Below are positions 25,653-35,705 of a stretch of DNA of 64,000 nt, one piece after another (within the stretch, counting starts at the first letter, position 1; each line of letters opens with the position of its first letter). This DNA is from a virus (taxonomy: Duplodnaviria; Caudoviricetes). Under the pieces are notes generated by a model. It was not told the origin of the DNA. It made no database searches and saw only the letters and a program-made list of their open reading frames with translations. Position numbers and translations under genes: made by a program. Location of the stretch: the IMG/VR virus record IMGVR_UViG_3300037067_016725, positions 1-64,000 of that record. The stretch is one strand, 5' to 3'.

Positions 25653-28202
25653 ATGAAAACCCTAAATATTACAATAGAAGGTCGCATATTAAAGGTACCG
25701 GTGGCATCTACTACCGAGAGAGATGCCATAGCTCCCTCAGACCTACGCAGCGGGCTTTGCCTTTTTAATGATTCCATATTAGGGACTAACGGGGAAACGG
25801 GAACTCTTCAGATATACAATGGACAGTCCTGGATTTCTATTGAACCCGGCATACAAGGGGTTACCGGGCCATCTGGCGCTTTAGGCAATACGGGGGAAAC
25901 GGGGTTTGGTGTAACAGGCCTCCAAGGTACCACAGGGTTAGGGGCTACAGGGCCACGGGGTGTTACAGGTGCCGCTTGGGTGTTCCCAGGGTATGTAGAC
26001 TTTAGTGTTACCCCTCCAGTAACAGCAAGCATACCTGGTAGATTAGTATGGGACACAACAGATAAGACTTTGAGTCTTGGCTTGGAAAATGGTAGTGCCC
26101 TCCAGTTGGGGCAAGAGCAGCATATCTATGCCATAAATAAAACAGGTGGACCCATCTACAATGGCTCCGTGGTATATGTTTCTGGGTCAACAGGAAGCCG
26201 TATTATCGTTAACAAGGCAGTGGCAACAACCACTCCTTCTGTTCAGTACATGACAGCAGTGGCCACCCAGGAGATAGCCAACAATGAAAGTGGTTACCTT
26301 ACTAGGTTTGGTTTAGTAAGGGATATCAATACCCTTGACTGGGCAGAGGGGGATTTGCTCTATGTCTCTACTACTGAGGGGGTGCTAACAAACACAGAGC
26401 CTCCTGCTCCGTATAGTAGAATGCTGATGGGAGTGGTGGTGCAGAGACACCCCACTGATGGTATTATCCTGGTAGATCCCTTAATGACACCCAGGCTAGA
26501 CCAGCTACCTGATGTATCCATTGATGGGTTAACAGGTGGGCATACCCTCATTTACGACGCTACCACCGGGGTGTGGAGGGCAGGTGTAGGGGCTACCGGA
26601 CCACGAGGGGACACGGGTGCTAGAGGTGTGACCGGTCTTGGGTTTACAGGACCGCAGGGCATAACTGGAGCTCGTGGAAATACAGGGCTAGGGGCTACGG
26701 GGCCACAAGGTGTAACGGGGTTAGGGGTCACAGGACCTCGAGGAGTAACCGGTACTGGTGTTACGGGGTTGGGGGTAACAGGACCACAAGGTGTTACTGG
26801 CTTTGGGGTTACTGGGCCGCTAGGGGCAACTGGTTTAGGAGTAACAGGACCCCAAGGTGCCACGGGTATTGGGGCTGCAGGACCTCAGGGTGTTACTGGG
26901 TATGGCTCTACTGGTCCACAAGGTATTGGGGTTACAGGACCTCAGGGTGCGACAGGAGTGGGTGCCCCCGGTGCCCGTGGGGATACGGGTGTAGGGTATA
27001 CTGGTGCTCAAGGAGCAACAGGACTTGGAGCCACAGGACCCCAGGGTGTCACGGGTATTGGTGTAGTTGGAGTGACAGGTCTACAGGGTGCAACAGGGGT
27101 AGGAACTGAAGGTCCACAAGGCGCTACTGGGATAGGAGCTGTAGGCCCTCAAGGTGTAACAGGGTTAGGAAGCACCGGCCCCCAAGGAATAACGGGAGTG
27201 GGGACACCTGGGGCACAGGGGGACACTGGTTTAGGTACTACTGGTCCACAAGGTGTGACGGGGGTCGGAACTCCTGGGACACAAGGAGCTACAGGGTTAG
27301 GAAGCACTGGGCCCCAAGGTGTTACTGGTGTAGGAACTACTGGGTCACAAGGTCAAACAGGGCTAGGTATAACAGGACCCCAAGGAAATACTGGTTTTGG
27401 GGTTACAGGCCCTCAGGGTATTCCTGGGGTCACAGGTATAGGAATAACAGGACCCCAAGGTTTTACTGGTTTAGGAGCTACTGGGCCGCAAGGTCAGACA
27501 GGGGTCGGGACTCCTGGCACACAAGGTATAACTGGGTTAGGCTCAACTGGGCCTCAAGGAGTTACCGGTGTGGGCGTAACTGGACCCCAGGGTATAACAG
27601 GAGTCGGAGTAACCGGTCCACAAGGTATAACTGGGACAGGGGTTCAAGGAGTTACTGGGGTTGGTGCTACCGGACCTCAGGGTATAACAGGGTTGGGGGT
27701 AACTGGGCCTCAAGGAGTAACTGGAGTAGGTATCCAGGGTGTTACAGGTGTGGGAGTTACTGGGGTTCCAGGTGTAACAGGATTAGGGGTTACGGGTCCT
27801 CAAGGAGTAACAGGGACTGGGGTTACTGGTGCCCGTGGAGTTACCGGAACTGGTGTAACAGGCCTACAGGGTGCCACAGGTTTAGGGACTACAGGACCAC
27901 AAGGTGTTACTGGCGCTCGCGGGGCTACAGGGACTGGGATTCAAGGCGTAACAGGATTAGGGGTTACTGGGCTAGGGACTACAGGTCCTCAAGGAGTGAC
28001 AGGTCCTTCAGGAGCACCACAAGGGGAAACGGGACTGCCTGGTGTTACTGGAGCCCAAGGGGTAACGGGGGCAAGCCTAAATCCTAACCTGTTTATAGCA
28101 GGTCAGACGGGGACATACCAGGTATCCTCTATAGAAGTAGTTACTGCCATGCCTGATGTTTCATCGAGATTAGCTGGTAGGCTTTATTTCCTCCTAGGGT
28201 AA
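25653..28202 (+). CDS. Collagen-like fibre protein (Thr-rich G-X-T/GPQ repeats)
   Basis: About 500 aa of GVT/GAT/GPQ repeats after an N-terminal decoration-like domain ([18 protein letters not shown]). Confidence 0.8.
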   Translation: MKTLNITIEGRILKVPVASTTERDAIAPSDLRSGLCLFNDSILGTNGETGTLQIYNGQSWISIEPGIQGVTGPSGALGNTGETGFGVTGLQGTTGLGATGPRGVTGAAWVFPGYVDFSVTPPVTASIPGRLVWDTTDKTLSLGLENGSALQLGQEQHIYAINKTGGPIYNGSVVYVSGSTGSRIIVNKAVATTTPSVQYMTAVATQEIANNESGYLTRFGLVRDINTLDWAEGDLLYVSTTEGVLTNTEPPAPYSRMLMGVVVQRHPTDGIILVDPLMTPRLDQLPDVSIDGLTGGHTLIYDATTGVWRAGVGATGPRGDTGARGVTGLGFTGPQGITGARGNTGLGATGPQGVTGLGVTGPRGVTGTGVTGLGVTGPQGVTGFGVTGPLGATGLGVTGPQGATGIGAAGPQGVTGYGSTGPQGIGVTGPQGATGVGAPGARGDTGVGYTGAQGATGLGATGPQGVTGIGVVGVTGLQGATGVGTEGPQGATGIGAVGPQGVTGLGSTGPQGITGVGTPGAQGDTGLGTTGPQGVTGVGTPGTQGATGLGSTGPQGVTGVGTTGSQGQTGLGITGPQGNTGFGVTGPQGIPGVTGIGITGPQGFTGLGATGPQGQTGVGTPGTQGITGLGSTGPQGVTGVGVTGPQGITGVGVTGPQGITGTGVQGVTGVGATGPQGITGLGVTGPQGVTGVGIQGVTGVGVTGVPGVTGLGVTGPQGVTGTGVTGARGVTGTGVTGLQGATGLGTTGPQGVTGARGATGTGIQGVTGLGVTGLGTTGPQGVTGPSGAPQGETGLPGVTGAQGVTGASLNPNLFIAGQTGTYQVSSIEVVTAMPDVSSRLAGRLYFLLG
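26583..28073 (+). repeat. Interrupted collagen-like repeat, about 11-aa unit GxT-Gx-GxT-GPQ
   Basis: Visible in the translation; degenerate at the DNA level. Confidence 0.85.
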
Positions 28203-28206
28203 TATC

Positions 28207-28797
28207 ATGACAGTCAGTAACTCTAATATTTTGATGGGGTCCTTTACCGGCGGTACTTCAGCTATTGCCTACTATCAGTCAAACATCTCTCAAGTTTGGT
28301 ATGGGGCTACCCAGATATGGGGAGCCACTTCTAGTGGCACTTGGCTAACCCACCCTGGGAACTTTGTTCTGGTTTCCTACACCCCTGCAAGTAACCAAAC
28401 TTTGGTTTCCATGTCTATGACATACAATACTACCCAGGCGTACAACTATTGTTGGGGAGTCTGGACAGCCTCAGGTAGTGTAGCCACTCCTGTTTCGGGG
28501 TTTGTGGGAGTAAATAGCACTACGGGCATCTCATTTACCAATGATGGCACTCTTGGTAGTGACACCAAGTACATACACACCAAGACATGGGGTGAAGGGT
28601 CACGACTATCCCTTGTGGCGGGTACCACCTATTTAATGGGGTTGGGGGAAAGGTATCAATCAGGACGTAAGATTTTGGGAACAGGGACAACCACAACCTG
28701 GGAAGTTTATGAATGGTCCCTATCAACGACTTCGAGCCCTAGCAATGTAACAACCAATTCTACAGTGTTAGCAGTTCTAACCCTGGTGGTAGTCTAA
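28207..28797 (+). CDS. Putative fibre tip/receptor-binding protein
   Basis: S/T/G-rich, ISQVWYGATQIW motif, follows the collagen fibre gene. Confidence 0.5.
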   Translation: MTVSNSNILMGSFTGGTSAIAYYQSNISQVWYGATQIWGATSSGTWLTHPGNFVLVSYTPASNQTLVSMSMTYNTTQAYNYCWGVWTASGSVATPVSGFVGVNSTTGISFTNDGTLGSDTKYIHTKTWGEGSRLSLVAGTTYLMGLGERYQSGRKILGTGTTTTWEVYEWSLSTTSSPSNVTTNSTVLAVLTLVVV

Positions 28798-29402
28798 TGA
28801 TATACGCCCTTAATGAGAGTACAGGAGTACTTGTAGGCAAGTTTGACACCTTAGCAATGGCGGAGACATATGTCGAAGGTATCCTAGACCATGCAAACTT
28901 CGTATACACCTACCTAGAGGATATCAACAGTATGAATTATACAAGTAGGATAGTTTCTGTAGATGGCATAGTGATCTACAATAATAAGTCGTTCTGGGTA
29001 GATAAGGCTCATGCCCTTGTGGATAACTACACGGAGCATGTTGTTTTGGATAACCTTGGTGAGGCCGTTTCTAAGGAAAGGTTTATAACTGAGTGGAGAA
29101 ATAACTGTACAAGGCTGCAGTCTGTAATAGATTCTGCCTCTCAGGTTCAGGGTAATATGACTGTAGGCTTTGAGTTTATAGCCTTGTTCAGGGAAGAGTG
29201 CATCACTTTGGATTTGGGAGGGGTAACTCCCCTGACTATAGCAAGTAAAACGGAAAAGTTGATTCCAATGCTTATAACAGGTTCCTTTAGGGAAGCGCAG
29301 TACCTCCTGACTACCATTGAAGTGGATACCTTTTTTACCCAAGAAAGGCTTGATAGATATTCTGCAATGTTGGCATCTGCTGACGTTATAGAGTATCAGT
29401 AG
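28797..29402 (+). CDS. Hypothetical protein (possible fibre chaperone)
   Basis: TAATG coupling to the upstream gene. Confidence 0.45.
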   Translation: MIYALNESTGVLVGKFDTLAMAETYVEGILDHANFVYTYLEDINSMNYTSRIVSVDGIVIYNNKSFWVDKAHALVDNYTEHVVLDNLGEAVSKERFITEWRNNCTRLQSVIDSASQVQGNMTVGFEFIALFREECITLDLGGVTPLTIASKTEKLIPMLITGSFREAQYLLTTIEVDTFFTQERLDRYSAMLASADVIEYQ

Positions 29403-29411
29403 GAATTTTAA

Positions 29412-29423
29412 TAATCTTCTAAT
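29412..29423 (+). promoter_or_regulatory. Late promoter motif TAATCTTCTAAT
   Basis: Exact copy upstream of the RHH/glycosyltransferase unit. Confidence 0.7.
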
Positions 29424-29455
29424 TTCGTATGCGTATGTATACAAATGCGTACGAA
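29424..29455. promoter_or_regulatory. 32-bp imperfect palindrome (operator or start-sequestering hairpin)
   Basis: TTCGTATGCGTATGTATACAAATGCGTACGAA matches its reverse complement at 26 of 32 positions and contains ATG 29445. Confidence 0.6.
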
Positions 29456-29621
29456 AGAATCTGCTAAAACAACTTGGTCCATCCGTGTAGACCCCCAACT
29501 AAGGGAGTGGTACGAGGATTTGGCCAAAAGCAGGATGACCGATTCCGCTGAAGAAGCCCGTAGGGTCCTGGCAGAGTACCGATTATCACAAATAGCAAAT
29601 AAGAAAAAGGAGAATACCTGA
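29445..29621 (+). CDS. Ribbon-helix-helix (CopG/Arc/MetJ-like) DNA-binding protein, missing from the ORF track
   Basis: Manual translation MRTKESAKTTWSIRVDPQLREWYEDLAKSRMTDSAEEARRVLAEYRLSQIANKKKENT. TGATG-coupled to the glycosyltransferase. Confidence 0.7.
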   Translation: MRTKESAKTTWSIRVDPQLREWYEDLAKSRMTDSAEEARRVLAEYRLSQIANKKKENT

Positions 29622-32600
29622 TGGTAAAGCTCTCTCTCTGTGTCATAGTAGGTGGTGGGGAACATGAAGAGTTGGAGACTTTGCTGAAAAGTGTCCAAGG
29701 CCCCTTATTTGATGAGATCGTGGTAACCCTTACCAAGGAAGATGCAAAGGTAAGGGAAGTTGCTTCTCGCTATGCGGATAAGACTCCTTTTTTCAAATGG
29801 ATAAATGATTTCTCTGCTGCTAGAAATTACTGCTTTAAGCAAGCGTCCGGCGACTATAAAATGTGGCTGGATGCCGATGACGAAGTAAGTCCAGAGGCTT
29901 ATAAAAAGCTAATGGAGGCAAAGAAGGAACTCCATAATTATGACTTCGTCATGATGTCCTACAACTATGCCCAAAACGAGGACGGGAGCCCTATTGTCCT
30001 TCTTCCTCGTGAGAGGATCGTGGCTAATAGGCCAGAGTTTCAGTGGGTTGATCCCATCCATGAATTCATTCCTACATTCACTTCCCATCGGAAGTTCAAT
30101 AGGATTGACATTGTCATTGATCACCGGAGAAAAAGAAAGTATGACGGAGAAAGAAATCTCTCCATACTTAGGGAGTTGTACACCAGTGGGAAAGCCTCTC
30201 CAAGGAATATCTTCTATTTCGCCAAGGATCTTTTTGACAATAAAGGGGAAGAGGAAGCGGTACCTGTTTTAATAGAGTACCTGAAGGAAAATACGGATTT
30301 TTACCAAAACAAAGTAGTGGCTTGCTTAAAGCTGGCAGCTTACTACAAGAGTAAGAAGGAATACGAGTCTTCTAAGGGATATCTGAACCAGGCCCTACTG
30401 TATTCTCAAGAATATGCAGAACCTTACTTTGAAATGGGCGAGTTTGCTACAGAAGAAAAGGATGATGGTAAAGCAGTCCAGTTCTACGAGATGGCTTTAA
30501 GCAAGAGCCCTTATGATCTATTCGGGGCAAAAGTATTTTATTACAAGAAAGGCCCCTTAGATAGACTTGTCCTGGCTTATGATCGCCTTAGGCAGTATGA
30601 CAAGGCTCTCACCTATGCTGAACAGTACCTGATAGATTGGCCTAATGATAAGAACTCACAGTACAATGTACAGTATCTAAGAGGGATGGTGGGGTCCACC
30701 ATGAAACCCGTGAAAGCTGTTCGCAAGGCGATAGACATTAACAGTATTCGCATTGGCTGGTTTATAGATTCCATATACCCAGAAGATCCTTCCCAAAGGA
30801 TACGCAGACTCAATGTTTTCGAAGAAATGAAGAGTAGGGGGTATAACGTAAGCCTCCACAACAACTACCTTAACATCCCCGATGTAAACTGGTTGGCAGA
30901 TAAAATCTCGGGATCACTGGACTTGGCCATCTTTGGTGGTTTCCAGCATAAGGACCTAGAGGTAATGCGGGCCCTAAAAGAAAGGGGTATCAAGGTAGTC
31001 TATGACTACAATGAGGCTATCCTGGATAATGATGTAGTACTGAAGAAACTTAAAGAGGCAGATGGTGTAGTTTGTTGCTCTACCCGTTTACAGGAAATGG
31101 TTAAGGACCTGTGCTCCCGCTCTATAGTAATAGAGGATGCTTTTGAAAGTGATGAAGGGGACCCCTACAACTACTTCTTAGACAAAAGGAATGATAAACT
31201 GGTAGCTCTGTTTATAGGGATGGGAGGTAACTCCTTCTTGGTTACGGACTACCTGAAAGATGTGATAGAAGAAGCAGGTTATACCCTGGAGACTTGCACT
31301 GAATGGGATAATGCTACTCATAAGTGGGATCTGGAGACTTGGCGTGAAGTCATGAAAGGAAGCCATGTCATTTTATGCCCTCAAAGGGTAGACATACAGC
31401 CCGCCAAATCCAACATTAAAGCAGCCCAGGCTATGGGGATGGGTATTCCCGTAGTAGCTTCTCCCTTGCCTGCATACAGAGAGTTTATCCAGCATGGGGT
31501 CAATGGATTCCTATGCAATACCAAAGAAGAATGGAAAAACGCTCTAATAAGTCTAAAGGATGTCTGCAAAAGAATTCAGATTGGCATGAATGGTAAAGAT
31601 GCCGCTCAGCAGTTCTCTATCAAGGAAATAGTGGATAAGTGGGCATATGCTATCCCCAACGTCATAGTCATGAATAGAGTTTCTGCCCCTAGCAATACTG
31701 AAGTGGCCAAAAAAGAAGCAGTGGTAGCTCCTCCTGTGCTACCCCCCGTTCCAATTGTCATTCCTGTGTATAATGGGGTGGACTACTTGAAGGCTTGCCT
31801 AACCTCCATCCAGATGAATACGGACTACCCCTATCATCTCATACTATCTGATGCTGGTTCAGGTAAGGAAACCTGGGACTACCTTAATACCATCAAAGGG
31901 ATAACTGTTCTGGGTAAAGAGGGTGTACGCCTAAACTTCTCGGAAGCGGTAAATGCTGGAGTAAAAGCTTCAGGAAGTAGCAAATACTTCATAGTCTTAA
32001 ACTCTGACGTGCTAGTCTCGAAGGGGTGGATCCATGGATTGGTAGCTAAAATGGATGGAGTGGACAGACTCGCTGCTTGCGGGGTCCTTTCCAATTGTGA
32101 TAGCGGGTGGCTTTTCAATGCCCCCGGAAGACCAAGTTACTCTATGGAAGTTTCTGGAGCAGATCTTACCCTAAGGCCTGGGATGGTTCTAAACGAGATA
32201 ATGCCCAAGCTGGATAGCTTGAATCTTTACATGGAAAAAAGCAACCAAGAAAAGAAGGGTGCATATACTCCTCAGCCCTGGGTGGCCTACTATGCCACAA
32301 TCTTTGCAAGGTCTGCTTGGGAAGAAGTAGGAGATTTAGACACCGCCTTTAAGAATGGTTGTGAGGATCTTGACCATTGCCGCAGGCTCACTGAACTAGG
32401 TTACCAGATCGGACAGGCTATGGATTCCTTTGTGTTCCATTTTGGAGGGATAAGCAGAGGAGCCTATCAAGAGGTAAATAGAGAAGAGTATGACAAGGAA
32501 GATGTCTACAACCATGTTCTGTATAAGAACAAATGGAGTAAAAAGAGAGTTGTTATCTATACCGGCCCTGCTTGGGAAAAGTGGGATAGGGCCACGGTTG

Positions 32601-33646
32601 ATAAGGGAATGGCTGGTTCAGAAACATGGGCTGCGGAGCTAGGTGCCTCTTTCGTTAAGAAGGGTTTCGAGGTAACAATTTTCAATGATTGCCCGGTGAG
32701 TGGAGAGGTGGATCGCTACGGGGTGATCTACAGGGACCATAGCACCATGAGGGAATGGTTGAATGATAAGGTAGTAGACCATATGATCCTATCTAGGACT
32801 TGTGAACCATTAAAGTGGTTTAAGTTACACAGCAAGAGAGTGGATGTTATGGTCCACGACGTATTCCTCAGTCAGGATAGAAACTATGATACAAGACAAT
32901 GGGAAGTGTCCAAGTTTGCCTGCTTGAGCGATTGGCATGTAGATTTCTTCTCTCAGCACCATAACATAGGGAAAGAGAAAATTCTTCTCTCTGCAAATGG
33001 GGTGAGACCCGAACTGTACGCCAATGCAAAGAATGCTCAGAAGAAAAATATGGCTGTATACAGCTCCTCACCTGATAGAGGCCTTTATCATCTCCTGCAG
33101 ATGATGCCAGAGATCCGTAAGGAAGTACCTGACTTTGAGCTGGTGATCGCTTACGGGTTTCACAACTGGAAATCTGCTGCAAAGAGCAGGAATAACCCTG
33201 AAGAGCTTGAGTACATCGAGGCAATAGAGAAGTTGATAGATACCCAGCCTGGGGTAAAGTACGTCGGGCGTGTGGACAAGGAAACATTAGCTAAATACCA
33301 ATGTGAGTCCAAAGTATGGCTCTACCCTACCTGGTTTAGCGAGACCTTCTGCATCACCCTGGCAGAAAATGGTATGGCAGGTAATGCTGCAGTGACAGTA
33401 CCCTATGCCGGCATACTTACTGTAGGTGGGGAAGCCCCTGTTTATATTAAAGGTCCTGAAAGTCTGCATCCCTCTAAATGGAGCACTTCAGAGGGGTTTG
33501 CTCAGAAATTTGTGGAAGCTACCGTGAGCATTCTAAAGGATGATGCCCTTAGGTTGGAGCTGGCAGACAAGCTTTCTAGACAGGTTTCAAAATACACTTG
33601 GGACCAGGTGGCCGATAGTTGGCTGAAGGAGTGGGGGCTCCTATAA
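29621..33646 (+). CDS. Multidomain glycosyltransferase (GT2 + TPR + GT4-like + GT2 + GT4-like)
   Basis: WINDFSAARN...WLDADD (GT2), TPR-like helices, KSNIKAAQAMGMGIPVVASP...GVNGFL (GT-B), IVIPVYN...LNSD...GCEDLD (GT2), GSETWA...YSSSPDRGL...ETFCITLAE (GT-B). Confidence 0.88.
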   Translation: MVKLSLCVIVGGGEHEELETLLKSVQGPLFDEIVVTLTKEDAKVREVASRYADKTPFFKWINDFSAARNYCFKQASGDYKMWLDADDEVSPEAYKKLMEAKKELHNYDFVMMSYNYAQNEDGSPIVLLPRERIVANRPEFQWVDPIHEFIPTFTSHRKFNRIDIVIDHRRKRKYDGERNLSILRELYTSGKASPRNIFYFAKDLFDNKGEEEAVPVLIEYLKENTDFYQNKVVACLKLAAYYKSKKEYESSKGYLNQALLYSQEYAEPYFEMGEFATEEKDDGKAVQFYEMALSKSPYDLFGAKVFYYKKGPLDRLVLAYDRLRQYDKALTYAEQYLIDWPNDKNSQYNVQYLRGMVGSTMKPVKAVRKAIDINSIRIGWFIDSIYPEDPSQRIRRLNVFEEMKSRGYNVSLHNNYLNIPDVNWLADKISGSLDLAIFGGFQHKDLEVMRALKERGIKVVYDYNEAILDNDVVLKKLKEADGVVCCSTRLQEMVKDLCSRSIVIEDAFESDEGDPYNYFLDKRNDKLVALFIGMGGNSFLVTDYLKDVIEEAGYTLETCTEWDNATHKWDLETWREVMKGSHVILCPQRVDIQPAKSNIKAAQAMGMGIPVVASPLPAYREFIQHGVNGFLCNTKEEWKNALISLKDVCKRIQIGMNGKDAAQQFSIKEIVDKWAYAIPNVIVMNRVSAPSNTEVAKKEAVVAPPVLPPVPIVIPVYNGVDYLKACLTSIQMNTDYPYHLILSDAGSGKETWDYLNTIKGITVLGKEGVRLNFSEAVNAGVKASGSSKYFIVLNSDVLVSKGWIHGLVAKMDGVDRLAACGVLSNCDSGWLFNAPGRPSYSMEVSGADLTLRPGMVLNEIMPKLDSLNLYMEKSNQEKKGAYTPQPWVAYYATIFARSAWEEVGDLDTAFKNGCEDLDHCRRLTELGYQIGQAMDSFVFHFGGISRGAYQEVNREEYDKEDVYNHVLYKNKWSKKRVVIYTGPAWEKWDRATVDKGMAGSETWAAELGASFVKKGFEVTIFNDCPVSGEVDRYGVIYRDHSTMREWLNDKVVDHMILSRTCEPLKWFKLHSKRVDVMVHDVFLSQDRNYDTRQWEVSKFACLSDWHVDFFSQHHNIGKEKILLSANGVRPELYANAKNAQKKNMAVYSSSPDRGLYHLLQMMPEIRKEVPDFELVIAYGFHNWKSAAKSRNNPEELEYIEAIEKLIDTQPGVKYVGRVDKETLAKYQCESKVWLYPTWFSETFCITLAENGMAGNAAVTVPYAGILTVGGEAPVYIKGPESLHPSKWSTSEGFAQKFVEATVSILKDDALRLELADKLSRQVSKYTWDQVADSWLKEWGLL

Positions 33647-33655
33647 TCTGCTAAT
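33644..33655 (+). promoter_or_regulatory. Late promoter motif TAATCTGCTAAT
   Basis: Exact copy overlapping the glycosyltransferase stop codon. Confidence 0.7.
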
Positions 33656-33688
33656 GGTAAAAGAACTTCAAAAGTAGAGGTTATTTGT

Positions 33689-34357
33689 ATGGCATCAGTT
33701 TTTCTTCAGTTGAAGCAGCTCTATGATGATAGGGCAGAATTGTTCTTTGACAAGGTTATAGCAACACCGGCTATCTCCTATGTCAACATCTACGTTAGCC
33801 TGGGGGAATTCGCCACATACTATCTGGCGAAGGAAATGGTTTCTAATGTGTCTGCTCGGCAGGCATCCAATCCCCAGGTAAGTTTTGATTTAACCTTGGA
33901 AGAAGTCCAGGCGGCAGATGCCTCTTTGGCAAGTGCCTCCTTCAGTGGGACCATGCTTTTTGTAAAAGCCACCATGGTCGATGTGGAGGGTGCCGAGAGT
34001 GATATCACTGTTGCTACCGCCAAGTCCTTAGGTACTGTAGGGGTGAGAAGGTCTATGACCCAGGACAACCCTGCAAAGTCTGCATACTTGGCAGGATTGA
34101 GCCAGGCGGCAAAAGGGTGGGGCCCTGTGGCGATGTCCTCTTTAGGGGCTATCCATGTATCCCAGATTCCTTTCTATGAGGATGAGTTTGTTATTGAGAG
34201 AACTTTCTCCGGTTCTAATATTGCCACAGAGACCATCTACTTGAAGAATGACCCCGTGGGAGCAAGGGCTCTACTTATTTCCTACTCATCCTATAATGGG
34301 ACACTTGCTGGGAAGGTGGAATACTCCTTTACCACAAGGCCCGCACCAACTCCCTGA
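33689..34357 (+). CDS. Putative structural protein
   Basis: 222 aa, GAGGT RBS, beta-rich. Confidence 0.5.
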   Translation: MASVFLQLKQLYDDRAELFFDKVIATPAISYVNIYVSLGEFATYYLAKEMVSNVSARQASNPQVSFDLTLEEVQAADASLASASFSGTMLFVKATMVDVEGAESDITVATAKSLGTVGVRRSMTQDNPAKSAYLAGLSQAAKGWGPVAMSSLGAIHVSQIPFYEDEFVIERTFSGSNIATETIYLKNDPVGARALLISYSSYNGTLAGKVEYSFTTRPAPTP

Positions 34358-34376
34358 TAAAGTGAAACTCAGCCTA

Positions 34377-34388
34377 TAATCTAGTATT
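34377..34388 (+). promoter_or_regulatory. Late promoter motif variant TAATCTAGTATT
   Basis: One mismatch, followed by a hairpin leader at 34390-34423. Confidence 0.5.
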
Positions 34389-34487
34389 ATGGGCTTTTTG
34401 CTTGTGCAAAAACACAAAGCCCAGTAAACTTAGCACCAAAGGTGGGGGTAGGTTTTAAGGGTTTAACCAGAAACTAAGAGGTCAATT

Positions 34488-34814
34488 ATGGCTGTTTCTA
34501 AGTATACCGTTCTGAGCTACTCCGGTACCAACTACGGTGCTCTTTACCTGGAAGACATTGGTGTTCGTCCTCAGCTCGGAAGGGGCGTGATGGGCAAGAT
34601 TGGCCAGGACATTGTGATCAACCCCGGTGACATCATCGCTGTTGTTACTACTGGCGACGTTCTTCTTTCCCGTGAGAAGGGTACTCTCAAGAAGTACTCG
34701 GATGCAGTCATTGCAACCGATGTTGACTCCTTGGCTGGTATCACTGGTCTGCCTACTCGTGCCGCGCTGACCAACCGCAAGGCCGATCCTGCTATCACCA
34801 TCGGCGACTTCTAA
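34488..34814 (+). CDS. Small, probably abundant virion protein
   Basis: 108 aa with MCP-like codon bias, and its own promoter motif and terminator. Confidence 0.55.
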   Translation: MAVSKYTVLSYSGTNYGALYLEDIGVRPQLGRGVMGKIGQDIVINPGDIIAVVTTGDVLLSREKGTLKKYSDAVIATDVDSLAGITGLPTRAALTNRKADPAITIGDF

Positions 34815-34842
34815 CCGTAGGGCTTAGCAGATCCTGAATGAC

Positions 34843-34872
34843 AAGGCTCCCCTAGTGATAGGGGAGCCTTTC
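34843..34872 (+). terminator. Intrinsic terminator
   Basis: AAGGCTCCCCTA-GTGA-TAGGGGAGCCTT(T). Confidence 0.7.
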
Positions 34873-34960
34873 CATATTCTATAAATATCAGGTTTCTTCT
34901 TCATTAACAAGAAACCTCAGCATTGGGGTATGAATAATACATTCTTACAAGGAAATAACG

Positions 34961-35227
34961 ATGTCTGAACAAGTAGACGAATACAAAACTTGTGACATGT
35001 ACCAGGCTGCTAGTTTAATGGCTGCCGGTTGCAAGATGTCTAGGTACACAGCAGAAAGGGGAAGAGTTTACTTCCATCTGGATAACAGGGCAGGGTTAGT
35101 TTCGGGATTGGTTCGAGAGTACCTAGCCCACAGACTGCAGGTAGATGCCCTTTCTCTTGTGGATCATGCTAGATCTCTAAAATCCCTCTGTGGTGAGCTT
35201 ACTGGTAGCCGAGGCCCCAATGCTTAG
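34961..35227 (+). CDS. DUF5659-like small protein
   Basis: YKTCDMYQAASL...GRVYF...V.ALSL...RSLK pattern, recalled for this phage family. Confidence 0.5.
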   Translation: MSEQVDEYKTCDMYQAASLMAAGCKMSRYTAERGRVYFHLDNRAGLVSGLVREYLAHRLQVDALSLVDHARSLKSLCGELTGSRGPNA

Positions 35228-35672
35228 TTATGATGAAGTCTATGCCGCCCTCAAAGAAGCTAGGACAAAGGTCTCTTTTGGGGATCCTATTGTTGCCGAA
35301 GTCCATGACTCCGGTAACAAAGAAGTGGTAGGGATCGAGGAAGAAGACTTTGTAATATACGTCCAATTGGCTGTTCCCTATACAGGTGCTATTCCTGAGG
35401 AGCATAGGGTACTGAATGCCCTAATGTCTGACTATATTTCTTCCCGGGTAAAGAACTTGGAAGTGATGCTGAATAAGCCAGTACTAACCTTTTTATCCAA
35501 TGAATATAAAGGTGTGGCGGATTATAGCGAGCTTCTACAAGGTATGGAAGATTTTCTCTGGGAAGATCAAGTAGACTATGTCCCTCTTGTAGATGCCCCC
35601 AATAAAAAAGTGTATGTGACACTGGAGCTCATGCTGGCTATGGAGCATACTGGGGACGAAGGCCAGGCCTGA
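35220..35672 (+). CDS. Hypothetical protein
   Basis: Start moved to ATG 35220 (GAGG RBS). Confidence 0.5.
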   Translation: MLSYDEVYAALKEARTKVSFGDPIVAEVHDSGNKEVVGIEEEDFVIYVQLAVPYTGAIPEEHRVLNALMSDYISSRVKNLEVMLNKPVLTFLSNEYKGVADYSELLQGMEDFLWEDQVDYVPLVDAPNKKVYVTLELMLAMEHTGDEGQA

Positions 35673-35675
35673 GGA

Positions 35676-35687
35676 TAATCTCCTAAT
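35676..35687 (+). promoter_or_regulatory. Late promoter motif TAATCTCCTAAT
   Basis: Exact copy upstream of the neck genes. Confidence 0.7.
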
Positions 35688-35705
35688 CCTTTTAGGACAG
35701 GCAAT

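Noticed and set aside
26583-28073. CRISPR array or DNA tandem repeat
   Set aside because: Repeats are in-frame, synonymously diverged and have no fixed repeat-spacer structure.
29411-29423. Fur box or CtrA site as the identity of the repeated motif
   Set aside because: The motif is a strand-specific TAAT-N4-TAAT direct repeat. It lacks the Fur inverted symmetry and the TTAA-N7-TTAA spacing.
34880-34887. T4-type late promoter TATAAATA
   Set aside because: Only one intergenic occurrence noticed. It could be chance or a two-mismatch variant of the main motif.
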